From an uncultured Verrucomicrobiota bacterium (lineage in GTDB: Bacteria; Verrucomicrobiota; Verrucomicrobiia; Limisphaerales; SIBE01): a stretch of 64,000 nucleotides of DNA. Positions 18,001 through 25,761 of this stretch are shown here, piece by piece (position 1 is the stretch's first letter; each line of letters opens with the position of its first letter). The position numbers and the translations under genes were made by a program. The stretch lies in assembly GCA_964578605.1 (NCBI GenBank), contig CAZODO010000006.1, positions 9,622 to 73,621 on the forward strand, in the 5' to 3' direction. The notes beneath the pieces were generated by a model that saw only the letters and a list, made by a program, of their open reading frames with translations, was not told where the DNA came from and ran no database searches.

Positions 18001-21000
18001 TGTTGCGCATGTTACGCCGCGTATGTGCCCTGCTTCCGCCGGGGAAGGACTTCCAACGGGGCAGGAACGTGCCTGGCTGGCTCCCGGTTGGCCTGGTTTG
18101 CCTCGGGGTTTTCCATGCCAACGCCAACGACAATGCCCCCAGGCTCGAGGATTTGATCCCGGAACCGGGTGCGGTTCTGCACGAACTGTTCACGATCGAA
18201 GCCGCCTTTGATCGTCCGGTCAATGGGGTCGATGCCGAAGACCTGATCGTCAACGGCGCGGGTGCTACCAACGTGACCGAGGTTGCGGCCGCCCGGTTTG
18301 TCTTCTCCTTTCCCCAGCCACCGGATGGAGTGGTTTCGGTATCCTGGCGTGCCGATCACGGGATTCGCGACGCAGACGGAGCCGGTTTCGAAGGAAGCTC
18401 GTGGAAATACGTCCTCGACTCCGCGCCGGCGACGGAAGGGATCTCCATCTCGGAGTTCATGGCCGCCAATACCAGCGGGCTGCGCGACGAAAATGGCGAC
18501 AACTCGGACTGGATCGAGATTCACAACGCCAGCGACACCGGCGTAAACCTGAATGGCTGGTTCCTGACGGATGACCCGGCCCAGTTGGGCAAATGGCGCT
18601 TTCCTGAGGTGACGGTCGCCCCGAGGGAGTTCTTGGTCGTGTTCGCTTCCGAGAAGGGCCGGACCAACGTGACCGGTCGGTTGCACACGAATTTCAAACT
18701 CTCCGCCGGGGGCGAGTACCTGGCCCTGGTTTCGCCAGCGATGACGGTGGTATCGGCGTTCGTCCCGGCGTTTCCGCCCCAACAGCCTGACGTTTCCTAC
18801 GGCCGGGCCCCCGGGGAACCCGGAGCTTCCGGATACTTCGTGAAGCCGACGCCTGGAGCCGCGAATTCGGAGAGTGGCGCCGGCTTTGCGCCAGAAGCGA
18901 CGTTCTCGCGCGCCAGCGGCACGTTTCGGGAGCCGTTTCGGCTGGAGATATCGGCCGCGCTGGCCGGCGTCCGCATCCGATACACCCTGGACGGCTCGCT
19001 CCCCACGAACTCGTCACCGCAGTACCTGGCGCCGATCCTCATTACCAACAGCGTGCAAGTGCGTGCGCGAACGTTTCAAGACGGGATGTTGCCCGGGCCG
19101 CCTCGGACGGAGACCTTTCTACTGTTGAGCAACAACCTGGCAGGGTTTACCTCCGACCTGCCGGTGCTGATTCTTCATAGCCTTGGCAAAGGAGCGCCCA
19201 GTTCCAGCCGGCAGAACTTCGCACACCTCTCGGTTTATGAACCGGTGCGAGGCGTGACCTCGTTGACCAACCCGCCGACGCTGACCACACGCGCCGCCAT
19301 CAAGCTTCGAGGATCGAGCACGCAGGGCCTGCCGAAATCCAGCTATGCCCTCGAGCTTTGGGACGACTTCAACCAGGACAAAGACAGGGAGGTGCTGGGT
19401 CTGCCGGAAGAGTCAGACTGGGTCCTTTACGCTCCCAACGTTTTCGAACCGGTACTGATCCACAACCCGTTCATTCACCAGCTCAGCCGGGATATCGGGC
19501 AGTACTCCTCCCGCACGCGCTTTGTTGAGGTGTATCTGAACAAGGCAACCGGTCCAGTTGCCGCCGTGCATTACAACGGCATTTACGTCCTCGAAGAGAA
19601 AATCAAGATCGGCCCCAGCCGCGTGGATATCGCCAAGCTTAAGCCGGAACATCTGAGCGCACCGGAGGTCACCGGCGGCTACCTGTTGAAGATCGACCGG
19701 CTCGATCCCGGCGATAGCGGGTTCTCAGCCGGGGGGCAAACGGTGGCCTATGTCGATCCGAAAGAGCGTGAGATCAAGCTGGCCCAGCGCGATCCGCAAG
19801 AGCAGTTCATTCGCAAGTACCTCGCGAGCTTTGGCGCCGCGCTGAACGGATCCAACTGGCGCGACCCGGTCCTGGGATACGCTGCCTATATCGATGTGCC
19901 CGCTTGGATTGATTATCACATCCTTGAACTCCTCAGCGGCAATGTCGATGCCCTTGTGCTCAGCGCCTATTTCCACAAGCCGCGTGACGGCAAGCTCGTC
20001 TTTGGCCCTCACTGGGATTTCGATCGCGCCCTCGGCTCCACCGACGGGCGCGACGCCAACCCGCGCAACTGGGTGACCGGTCCGTTCTTTGCCGGATGGT
20101 GGAGCCGCCTCTTTCGCGACCCGGACTTCTGGCAGCGTTGGATTGACCGTTACCAGGAGCTGCGCCTCTCGCACCTTTCCCGGACCAACATCAATGGGTT
20201 GATCGACCGGCTTGCTAACGAAGTCCGCCAAGCCCAGCCCCGCGAGCGCCAGAAATGGCGCGTCACGCTCCGAGGAGGATCCTACCAGAGCGAAGTCGAC
20301 CGGATGAAGAATTGGCTCTCAAACCGCATCGATTTCATCGATCGGCAGCTCGTTCCCTCACCCCAGATCAGCGCACCGGGCCAAGCCGTGAAGCCGGGGT
20401 TCACGATCACCCTGACGGGGTCCCCTCAGGCGACGATTTACTATACCCTGGACGGTTCCGACCCGCGCGCCTCGCAAGGTGCCTTGTCGCCCAAAGCGCG
20501 GCTCTATACGGCGCCGCTTGTGGTGAACGAGAACGTCCGGGTCGTCGCGCGTTCGCGAAACCTTGCCGCTCGGCAGAGTGGCGGACCGCCAATCTCAAGT
20601 CCGTGGTCGGGTCCAGTCGCCGCCACGTTCACCGCGACACCGCCTCCGCAACTGCTGGTCAGCGAAATGATGTTCCATCCGGAACCATCGCCCGATCCAG
20701 GCGGGGTTGACGAAGCGGAGTTTGAGTTTGTCGAACTGTTGAACGCGGGAGCCGAGCGCCTGAACCTGGCCGGTTACCGGCTGACGGGCAGCATTCAGTT
20801 TGCGTTCGCGAGCACGGGGGCGGTCACACGGCTTGATTCTGGCCAACGGCTGGTTCTCGCGAAGAACGTCGAAGCATTCCGTTCGCGCTACCCCACCGTG
20901 ACGAACCTTGCCGGTGAGTTCCGCGGTGAATTGCCCAATAGCCGCCAGCGCCTGGTGTTAACCGGCTCACTCGAAGAGCCCATCTTCGAGTTCGAAACCG

Positions 21001-22529
21001 TCGATTCGTGGCAACCGCTGGCGGATGGATTCGGCTTTAGCCTGGTGCTCGCCAACGAATCCATTGCGCCAGATTCGCTCTCCGATCCCGCTCACTGGCG
21101 CCTCAGTGCGACGATCGGCGGCTCGCCAGGCGCACCCGATCCCGCCCCGCCCCAATTGCCGCGCGTGGTGATCAACGAACTGTTGACCTACCCGTCGGGC
21201 GTCACGGAGCCCGGCTTCCTGGCCCCCCCTAAGGACGCGCTGGAATTGCATAGCTTGTCCGCGGAACCGGCGGATATTTCCGGCTGGTTTGTCACCGATG
21301 ATTTCCGCGAACCCAAGAAGCACCGGCTTGCCGATTCCTTGATCGTCCCGCCAGACGGCTTCGTCTGGTTCGAATCATTTGGCGCAACCGGCGCCTCCTT
21401 CTCGTTCAGCAAGCTGGGCGAGGAGGCCTACCTCTTCTCGGCCGATCAAGACGGCGTCTTGACGGGTTGGGTCCACGGTTACGCGTTCGGGGCTGCGGAA
21501 GAAGGCGTAAGCTTCGGCCGACACGTGACGAGCACGGGCGCCGAAGCGTTTGTGGCGCAATCCAGCCCGAGTTTTGGCGCGCCAAATAACGGCCCGCGAG
21601 TCGGCCCGGTTGTGATCAGCGAGGTTAGCTCCTCGACCGCGCTCGAACAAGACGCAAACGACGCGGCATTCGCCTATATAGAACTGCGCAACCTTGGCGG
21701 ACAGTCGGTTCCCTTGTTCGACCCCGCCAACCCTTCGAACCCATGGAGTGTCCGCGGCACCGTGGAGTTCCAGCTTCCCGGCGGGCGGGTGCTCTTGCCC
21801 CGAGCCAGCCTGGTGCTCGTAGGCTTCGATCCCCAGACCGATCCCGTTAGCCTCGCGCGTTTCCGGTCACGGTATGGTTTCGAGGATCAGAACCTGGCGG
21901 GCCCATGGACGGGGCGGCTGACACGGCCCCGCGGACTTGTGCAACTCTTCAAGCCTGGCCAGCCTGAGCCGGCGGGTGCCGGCATGCCGGCGACAATCCC
22001 GCAGGTGCTGGTTGAACAGGTGTCCTACGCTTTTCCGCCGCCACCTGCAGGTTCCTCCCCGGGCGGCTTGAGTTTGCAGCGCCGGACCCCCGCGCTCTTT
22101 GCTGACGATCCCGCCAACTGGTCGTTCGCCCTTCCTTCTCCCGGGGCAACCGACGCCGATGGCGATGGCCTTCCGGACCTTTGGGAAGCGGTCCATGGCC
22201 TGGATCCCGCGTCCAGTGCCGGGCCTGACGGCGATCAGGGCGACCCGGACGGCGACGGCATGTCCAACGGCTCGGAGTTTAAGAGTGGCACCCGTCCGCT
22301 GGACGCGTCCAGCCGCCTGGAGTTGCAGGCCAGCCTCCACGAAAGCGGCGCGATCCTTCTCTGTTTTCCATCCGTTCCCGGCCGGAGCTACACGATCGAG
22401 TATTGCGAAAATCTCGGCGCCGGCGAGTGGAAGATCCTCAGCTCATACCTGTCCGGCGAATATGAAACCGTGACCGCTTCTGACATCCCGAGCGGCATTC
22501 AACGCTGGTACCGCTTAACACTCCCTTAA
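17997..22529 (+). CDS. CotH kinase-family protein with multiple lamin-tail (LTD) domains, a chitobiase/Fn3-associated-like domain and thrombospondin type-3-like Ca-binding repeats
   Basis: LTD signatures: ISISEFMAANTSGLRDENGDNSDWIEIHNASDTGVNLNGWFLTDD, LLVSEMMFHPEP..AEFEFVELLNAGAERLNLAGYRLTG, VVINELLTYP..ALELHSLSAEPADISGWFVTDD and VVISEVSSS..AFAYIELRNLGGQSVPLF. CotH-like core: SSYALELWDD..DWVLYAPNVFEPVLIHNPFIHQLSRDIG..FVEVYLN..YNGIYVLEEKIKI..GGYLLKIDR..HWDFDRALG. DADGDGLPDLWE and DPDGDGMSNGSEF lie near the C-terminus, which ends ..RWYRLTLP. Confidence 0.85.
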   Translation: MMLRMLRRVCALLPPGKDFQRGRNVPGWLPVGLVCLGVFHANANDNAPRLEDLIPEPGAVLHELFTIEAAFDRPVNGVDAEDLIVNGAGATNVTEVAAARFVFSFPQPPDGVVSVSWRADHGIRDADGAGFEGSSWKYVLDSAPATEGISISEFMAANTSGLRDENGDNSDWIEIHNASDTGVNLNGWFLTDDPAQLGKWRFPEVTVAPREFLVVFASEKGRTNVTGRLHTNFKLSAGGEYLALVSPAMTVVSAFVPAFPPQQPDVSYGRAPGEPGASGYFVKPTPGAANSESGAGFAPEATFSRASGTFREPFRLEISAALAGVRIRYTLDGSLPTNSSPQYLAPILITNSVQVRARTFQDGMLPGPPRTETFLLLSNNLAGFTSDLPVLILHSLGKGAPSSSRQNFAHLSVYEPVRGVTSLTNPPTLTTRAAIKLRGSSTQGLPKSSYALELWDDFNQDKDREVLGLPEESDWVLYAPNVFEPVLIHNPFIHQLSRDIGQYSSRTRFVEVYLNKATGPVAAVHYNGIYVLEEKIKIGPSRVDIAKLKPEHLSAPEVTGGYLLKIDRLDPGDSGFSAGGQTVAYVDPKEREIKLAQRDPQEQFIRKYLASFGAALNGSNWRDPVLGYAAYIDVPAWIDYHILELLSGNVDALVLSAYFHKPRDGKLVFGPHWDFDRALGSTDGRDANPRNWVTGPFFAGWWSRLFRDPDFWQRWIDRYQELRLSHLSRTNINGLIDRLANEVRQAQPRERQKWRVTLRGGSYQSEVDRMKNWLSNRIDFIDRQLVPSPQISAPGQAVKPGFTITLTGSPQATIYYTLDGSDPRASQGALSPKARLYTAPLVVNENVRVVARSRNLAARQSGGPPISSPWSGPVAATFTATPPPQLLVSEMMFHPEPSPDPGGVDEAEFEFVELLNAGAERLNLAGYRLTGSIQFAFASTGAVTRLDSGQRLVLAKNVEAFRSRYPTVTNLAGEFRGELPNSRQRLVLTGSLEEPIFEFETVDSWQPLADGFGFSLVLANESIAPDSLSDPAHWRLSATIGGSPGAPDPAPPQLPRVVINELLTYPSGVTEPGFLAPPKDALELHSLSAEPADISGWFVTDDFREPKKHRLADSLIVPPDGFVWFESFGATGASFSFSKLGEEAYLFSADQDGVLTGWVHGYAFGAAEEGVSFGRHVTSTGAEAFVAQSSPSFGAPNNGPRVGPVVISEVSSSTALEQDANDAAFAYIELRNLGGQSVPLFDPANPSNPWSVRGTVEFQLPGGRVLLPRASLVLVGFDPQTDPVSLARFRSRYGFEDQNLAGPWTGRLTRPRGLVQLFKPGQPEPAGAGMPATIPQVLVEQVSYAFPPPPAGSSPGGLSLQRRTPALFADDPANWSFALPSPGATDADGDGLPDLWEAVHGLDPASSAGPDGDQGDPDGDGMSNGSEFKSGTRPLDASSRLELQASLHESGAILLCFPSVPGRSYTIEYCENLGAGEWKILSSYLSGEYETVTASDIPSGIQRWYRLTLP

Positions 22530-22540
22530 GCGCTGGGCTT

Positions 22541-22578
22541 GAAAAGCAAACACCCTCGCAGTTTCACCTGCGAGGGTG
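22541..22578 (-). terminator. Intrinsic terminator (11-bp perfect stem, 6-nt loop, T-rich tail on the minus strand); may also stop the convergent CotH transcript
   Basis: CACCCTCGCAG (22551-22561) pairs with CTGCGAGGGTG (22568-22578), with loop TTTCAC. Read on the minus strand, the hairpin is followed by TTTGCTTTTC (22550-22541). Confidence 0.75.
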
Positions 22579-22615
22579 AGCAGATCGATGCTAGCCTTAA
22601 CCGGCTGCTGCCCAG

Positions 22616-22747
22616 CTATTGTGCGGGGGCGGCCGGGGCGTTGGTCGTCGTGTCAGTCGCGGCAGGCGCAGTTGTGTCTTCTTCGGTCGTCGGGCTGCAA
22701 CCAGCCAAGAACACCAGCAGCGGAACCAGCAACAGAATTTTTTTCAT
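22616..22747 (-). CDS. Small (43-aa) lipoprotein, not in the ORF track (presumably too short to be listed)
   Basis: Hand translation gives MKKILLLVPLLVFLAGCSPTTEEDTTAPAATDTTTNAPAAPAQ*. It has a classic lipobox (L-A-G-C), GAGGA about 8 nt upstream (ggtagaGGAcaaaaccATG), and the intrinsic terminator 38 nt downstream. The opposite-strand ORF 22539..22766 looks like a shadow ORF. Confidence 0.6.
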   Translation of the reverse strand: MKKILLLVPLLVFLAGCSPTTEEDTTAPAATDTTTNAPAAPAQ

Positions 22748-22906
22748 GGTTTTGTCCTCTACCTAATTGCGCGCTCAGTCTAGCGGCTTTGTGAGACGTC
22801 CGTCAAGCCGCGATCCGGGGCGTTTCCGCCCCTCCCGCTGGCCACAACGGAGCCCGAATAACATCTTGATCCGTGCGCAAGCCCTGGTCAATCCCGCAGT
22901 TAGCTC

Positions 22907-23935
22907 TCAACCACCGGTCGGCACAGGGTCAGGCGCGCTCAACTCCGGATCCTTTTCGGCATCGGCCTTTCGATAAAGCGCTGTGGGGATGAGGATCTGT
23001 TTGGGAATTTCCTTGCCCTCGAAATGCTCCACGATTACGCGCGTCGTCTCCATCCCGATGTTCTCCGGAAACTGAATCGGGTCCGCATAGATCTTGCCCG
23101 CTCGAATGGCCGCCTTTCCCTCCGGTTGTCCGTCGAACCCGATCAGCTTTACCTGCCCGGCTTTTCCGGCCTTCTCAAGAGCCGCATATGCACCCAGCGC
23201 GGACGGATCGTTAATGGCGAAGATGCCGGAGAGGTTCGGATGCGCCTGAATGAGGTCTTCCGCCGCCTTGAAACTCTGGTCTTTGGCCCCCCCGCCGGGA
23301 ATTCTCGCCACAACCCTGATGTCAGCCCGGCCGCTTTCGTTCTCCGCCTTGATGATCTCGTCGAAGCCTTGGGTGCGGAGCATTACCGATTCCACGACCG
23401 GATGATCGAGAATCGCCACTGTGCCTTTGCCCCCAAGGACCTCGATCATGGCCTGTGCCGCTTGTTTGCCGCCGCTATAGTTGTCCGTAGCCACATGGCA
23501 GATGACCTGCGCCGCCGGGTCCAGGGAGGCGATATCGGCTGTAAACACCGGAATTCCCGCCAGGTTGGCCTCTTGAATCGGGGCACTGATCGCTTTCGAG
23601 TCGCAGGGCGTCAGCACAATGGCCACCGTCTTCCGCACGATGAAGTCCTTGACTTGGTGCTGCTGGCGGGCGACGTCGAATTCACCGCTCACAACCATCA
23701 CGTCGTACCCATGCCTGGCCCCTTCCGCCTTGATCGTGTCTGCAATCTGCTTGAAGAACGGGTTCGTCAACGTCAACACGGACACCCCGATCGTCCCCCG
23801 CGACTTGCCGGCAGTCGGCGTGCTCTGCGGCGATCCCGCCGGCTCATCCTTGCGGCCGCAACCCCACACGAGGAGCAGAATCAACATGAAAACAGTCCAG
23901 GACCCAGCGTGACCCTTTGGCTGAAACGGTTTCAT
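22907..23935 (-). CDS. Periplasmic sugar-binding protein (ribose/LacI-type periplasmic binding fold), probably lipid-anchored; orphan, with no permease or ATPase adjacent
   Basis: TIGVSVLTLTNPFFKQIADTIKAEGARHGYDVMVVSGEFDVARQQHQVKDFIVRKTVAIVLTPCDSKAISAPIQEANLAGIPVFTAD is typical of RbsB-like binding proteins. The N-terminus MLILLLVWGCG is lipobox-like. Confidence 0.8.
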   Translation of the reverse strand: MKPFQPKGHAGSWTVFMLILLLVWGCGRKDEPAGSPQSTPTAGKSRGTIGVSVLTLTNPFFKQIADTIKAEGARHGYDVMVVSGEFDVARQQHQVKDFIVRKTVAIVLTPCDSKAISAPIQEANLAGIPVFTADIASLDPAAQVICHVATDNYSGGKQAAQAMIEVLGGKGTVAILDHPVVESVMLRTQGFDEIIKAENESGRADIRVVARIPGGGAKDQSFKAAEDLIQAHPNLSGIFAINDPSALGAYAALEKAGKAGQVKLIGFDGQPEGKAAIRAGKIYADPIQFPENIGMETTRVIVEHFEGKEIPKQILIPTALYRKADAEKDPELSAPDPVPTGG

Positions 23936-24042
23936 AGGATGTTGGCACTCTGATCCGATCCGCGGTCCTAGCGCCAGCTCTTTCTAACGCTCCCAGGGCC
24001 GAAGCGAACCCGGCAAAGCCCCCCGGCAATGCGGCAAACGTT

Positions 24043-24062
24043 GCGATCCGGCGCCGGATCGC
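24043..24062. promoter_or_regulatory. Perfect 20-bp palindrome GCGATCCGGCGCCGGATCGC
   Basis: Read directly. It lies in the 510-bp divergent intergenic region between the binding-protein gene and the DUF1802 gene. Function unknown. Confidence 0.5.
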
Positions 24063-24100
24063 TCTCCTTTGCCGAAGGTAGCGCGGTCCCTTCGCTCTGC

Positions 24101-24190
24101 ATTTGATAGTCTACTATGGTTTTAGAATATTGTTACTATTCCATTATAGTTAAACCATAGTGGCATCATAGTTAAACGTTGGTAGAATAC
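24101..24190. promoter_or_regulatory. AT-rich island with inverted and direct repeats (candidate operator/promoter region)
   Basis: Inverted repeat: ACTATGGTTT (24113-24122) and AAACCATAGT (24152-24161). Direct repeat: ATAGTTAAAC at 24146-24155 and 24168-24177, 22 bp apart. TAGAAT occurs twice (24123-24128, 24183-24188) and resembles a -10 hexamer. The base composition contrasts sharply with the GC-rich surroundings. Confidence 0.5.
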
Positions 24191-24445
24191 CGGAGGAACA
24201 TCGATTGATCTGTTGATGGAGCCCGGCACAACCTCACTTGGGCCAGGCGCATGAGCCCATATTCCCCAGCCCGCCGTCCAACCCGCCGTCTTGGCGCGCT
24301 CCCTGGGACAAACGTTTGCCCGTCGTCCGGCAGGGTTAAGCCCGGGGTGGCGGGCGAAAAGAACCGCCCTATTCAGTGTGACGGCCGAAAATGGCGGGTC
24401 AGAAACGACTTTGCCAAAGTCGGCCCGGCGCGTTAGCCTCCTGCT

Positions 24446-25048
24446 ATGCGCGTCGCGTTCAAAGAATGGGCGGCTGTGGTGGATGCCCTTGGCTCGGGAC
24501 AGCAAATCGTGATTCTGCGCAAGGGTGGAATCAGCGAAGGGCGCCGCGGATTTCAGGTGGAACACGCCGAGTTCTTCCTTTTCCCCAGTTACTTCCACCA
24601 GCAGCGGGATTCCGTTATCCCGTCCGCGCAGGAGCGATTTGACCAGATCGAGGCTCTCGCCAGGGATGCAGAGCGAGTGCGGATCGAATTCTTCGCGCAC
24701 GTTGTCTCGTGGAAGCGCCTGGAATCCCTCGCGGCGGCCCGACGTCTCCAAGGACAGCATATATGGCGGGACGAAGTGATCGAAACCCGGTTCAACTGGG
24801 GGACGGAAGACAATATTCACGCCTTGGCGGTGCGGGTCTTTCGGCTTCCCCAGCCGGTGGATCTGCCCAACTCGCCTTCCTACGCCGGGTGCAAATCGTG
24901 GATCGAGCTGGATGACGAGTTTCCGACCGAGGGAGCGGTTCCGGTGCTTTCGAAGGAAGCGTTCAACGAGAAGCTGAACCAGTTCCATGCCGCGCTGGAC
25001 CAGGGCGCTCCGGAAGATCCCACCCAACCGGCCGCGCCGCCAGCCTAG
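24446..25048 (+). CDS. DUF1802-family protein (function unknown)
   Basis: MRVAFKEWAAVVDALGSGQQIVILRKGGISEGRRGFQVEHAEFFLFPSYFHQQ matches my recollection of the DUF1802 N-terminal signature (KEWAxxxxALxxGxQxxLLRKGGI...F.PTYxHQ). The antisense ORF 24122..25054 is rejected. Confidence 0.65.
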   Translation: MRVAFKEWAAVVDALGSGQQIVILRKGGISEGRRGFQVEHAEFFLFPSYFHQQRDSVIPSAQERFDQIEALARDAERVRIEFFAHVVSWKRLESLAAARRLQGQHIWRDEVIETRFNWGTEDNIHALAVRVFRLPQPVDLPNSPSYAGCKSWIELDDEFPTEGAVPVLSKEAFNEKLNQFHAALDQGAPEDPTQPAAPPA

Positions 25049-25113
25049 CTCCAACCCGGGCGCCCAGGGGGAGCGTGAAAAGCTCCCTCACCCGGGGGCC
25101 CGCCCGTTCACCG

Positions 25114-25695
25114 ATGAACTTGCCTCCGCTGATTCTTGCTTCGGCCTCTCGGCGGCGGGCGGAATTGCTCCGTCCCCTTGGCGTGCCGTTCCGCGTGGTT
25201 CCGAGCGACGCGCCCGAGGTCCATGAGGATCACCTGACGGCCGGGGAACTCGCCCAGTTAAACGCGTTTCGAAAAGCGCGTTCGGTCGCACAGGCTTATC
25301 CGGAGGCTTTGGTCGTGGGTGCGGACACCCTCGTCTACCTTGGCAGCCGCCTCTTTGGCAAACCGCGAGACCTAGATCACGCGCGCCAGATGCTGACGGA
25401 ACTGCAAGGCAGGACCCACCAAGTGGTTACAGGTGTCTGCTTGATCCATCTTCACACCCGGCGGCGGTGCCTGCTGGCCGAAGGCACCGGCGTCCGGTTC
25501 AAGCCGCTGGATCGCGCCTTAATTGACCGGTACCTCGCCGCCACAAACCCCCTCGACAAAGCGGGAGGATACGCCATTCAGGAATCGGGGGATTGGATCG
25601 TGGAGGAGATTTCTGGCTCTTACTCGAACGTGGTAGGGTTGCCGATGGAACGGCTTACGGCAGAGCTTCAAAGGTGGGGTGAATTCACGGGCTGA
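25114..25695 (+). CDS. maf: Maf-like nucleoside triphosphate pyrophosphatase (septum formation inhibitor family)
   Basis: LILASASRRRAELLRPLGVPFRVVPSD..EDH, VVGADTLVYLGSRLFGKPRD, HQVVTGVCL, AGGYAIQE and NVVGLP are canonical Maf motifs. I take the start at ATG 25114. Confidence 0.85.
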   Translation: MNLPPLILASASRRRAELLRPLGVPFRVVPSDAPEVHEDHLTAGELAQLNAFRKARSVAQAYPEALVVGADTLVYLGSRLFGKPRDLDHARQMLTELQGRTHQVVTGVCLIHLHTRRRCLLAEGTGVRFKPLDRALIDRYLAATNPLDKAGGYAIQESGDWIVEEISGSYSNVVGLPMERLTAELQRWGEFTG

Positions 25696-25761
25696 ACCTG
25701 CGGCGTTTGTACCTTATCCGCTCGACATTGGCGGCACTTTGTGGCTCGGCTAGACGTTGCT

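Noticed and set aside
22539-22794. Plus-strand ORFs 22539..22766 and 22576..22794.
   Set aside because: They run through the terminator hairpin and are antisense to a small ORF that has a lipobox, a ribosome-binding site and its own terminator.
23024-25054. ORFs 23024..23953(+) and 24122..25054(-).
   Set aside because: They are antisense to the sugar-binding protein and the DUF1802 protein respectively, both of which have family-typical sequence. The 24122 ORF would also begin inside the AT-rich island.
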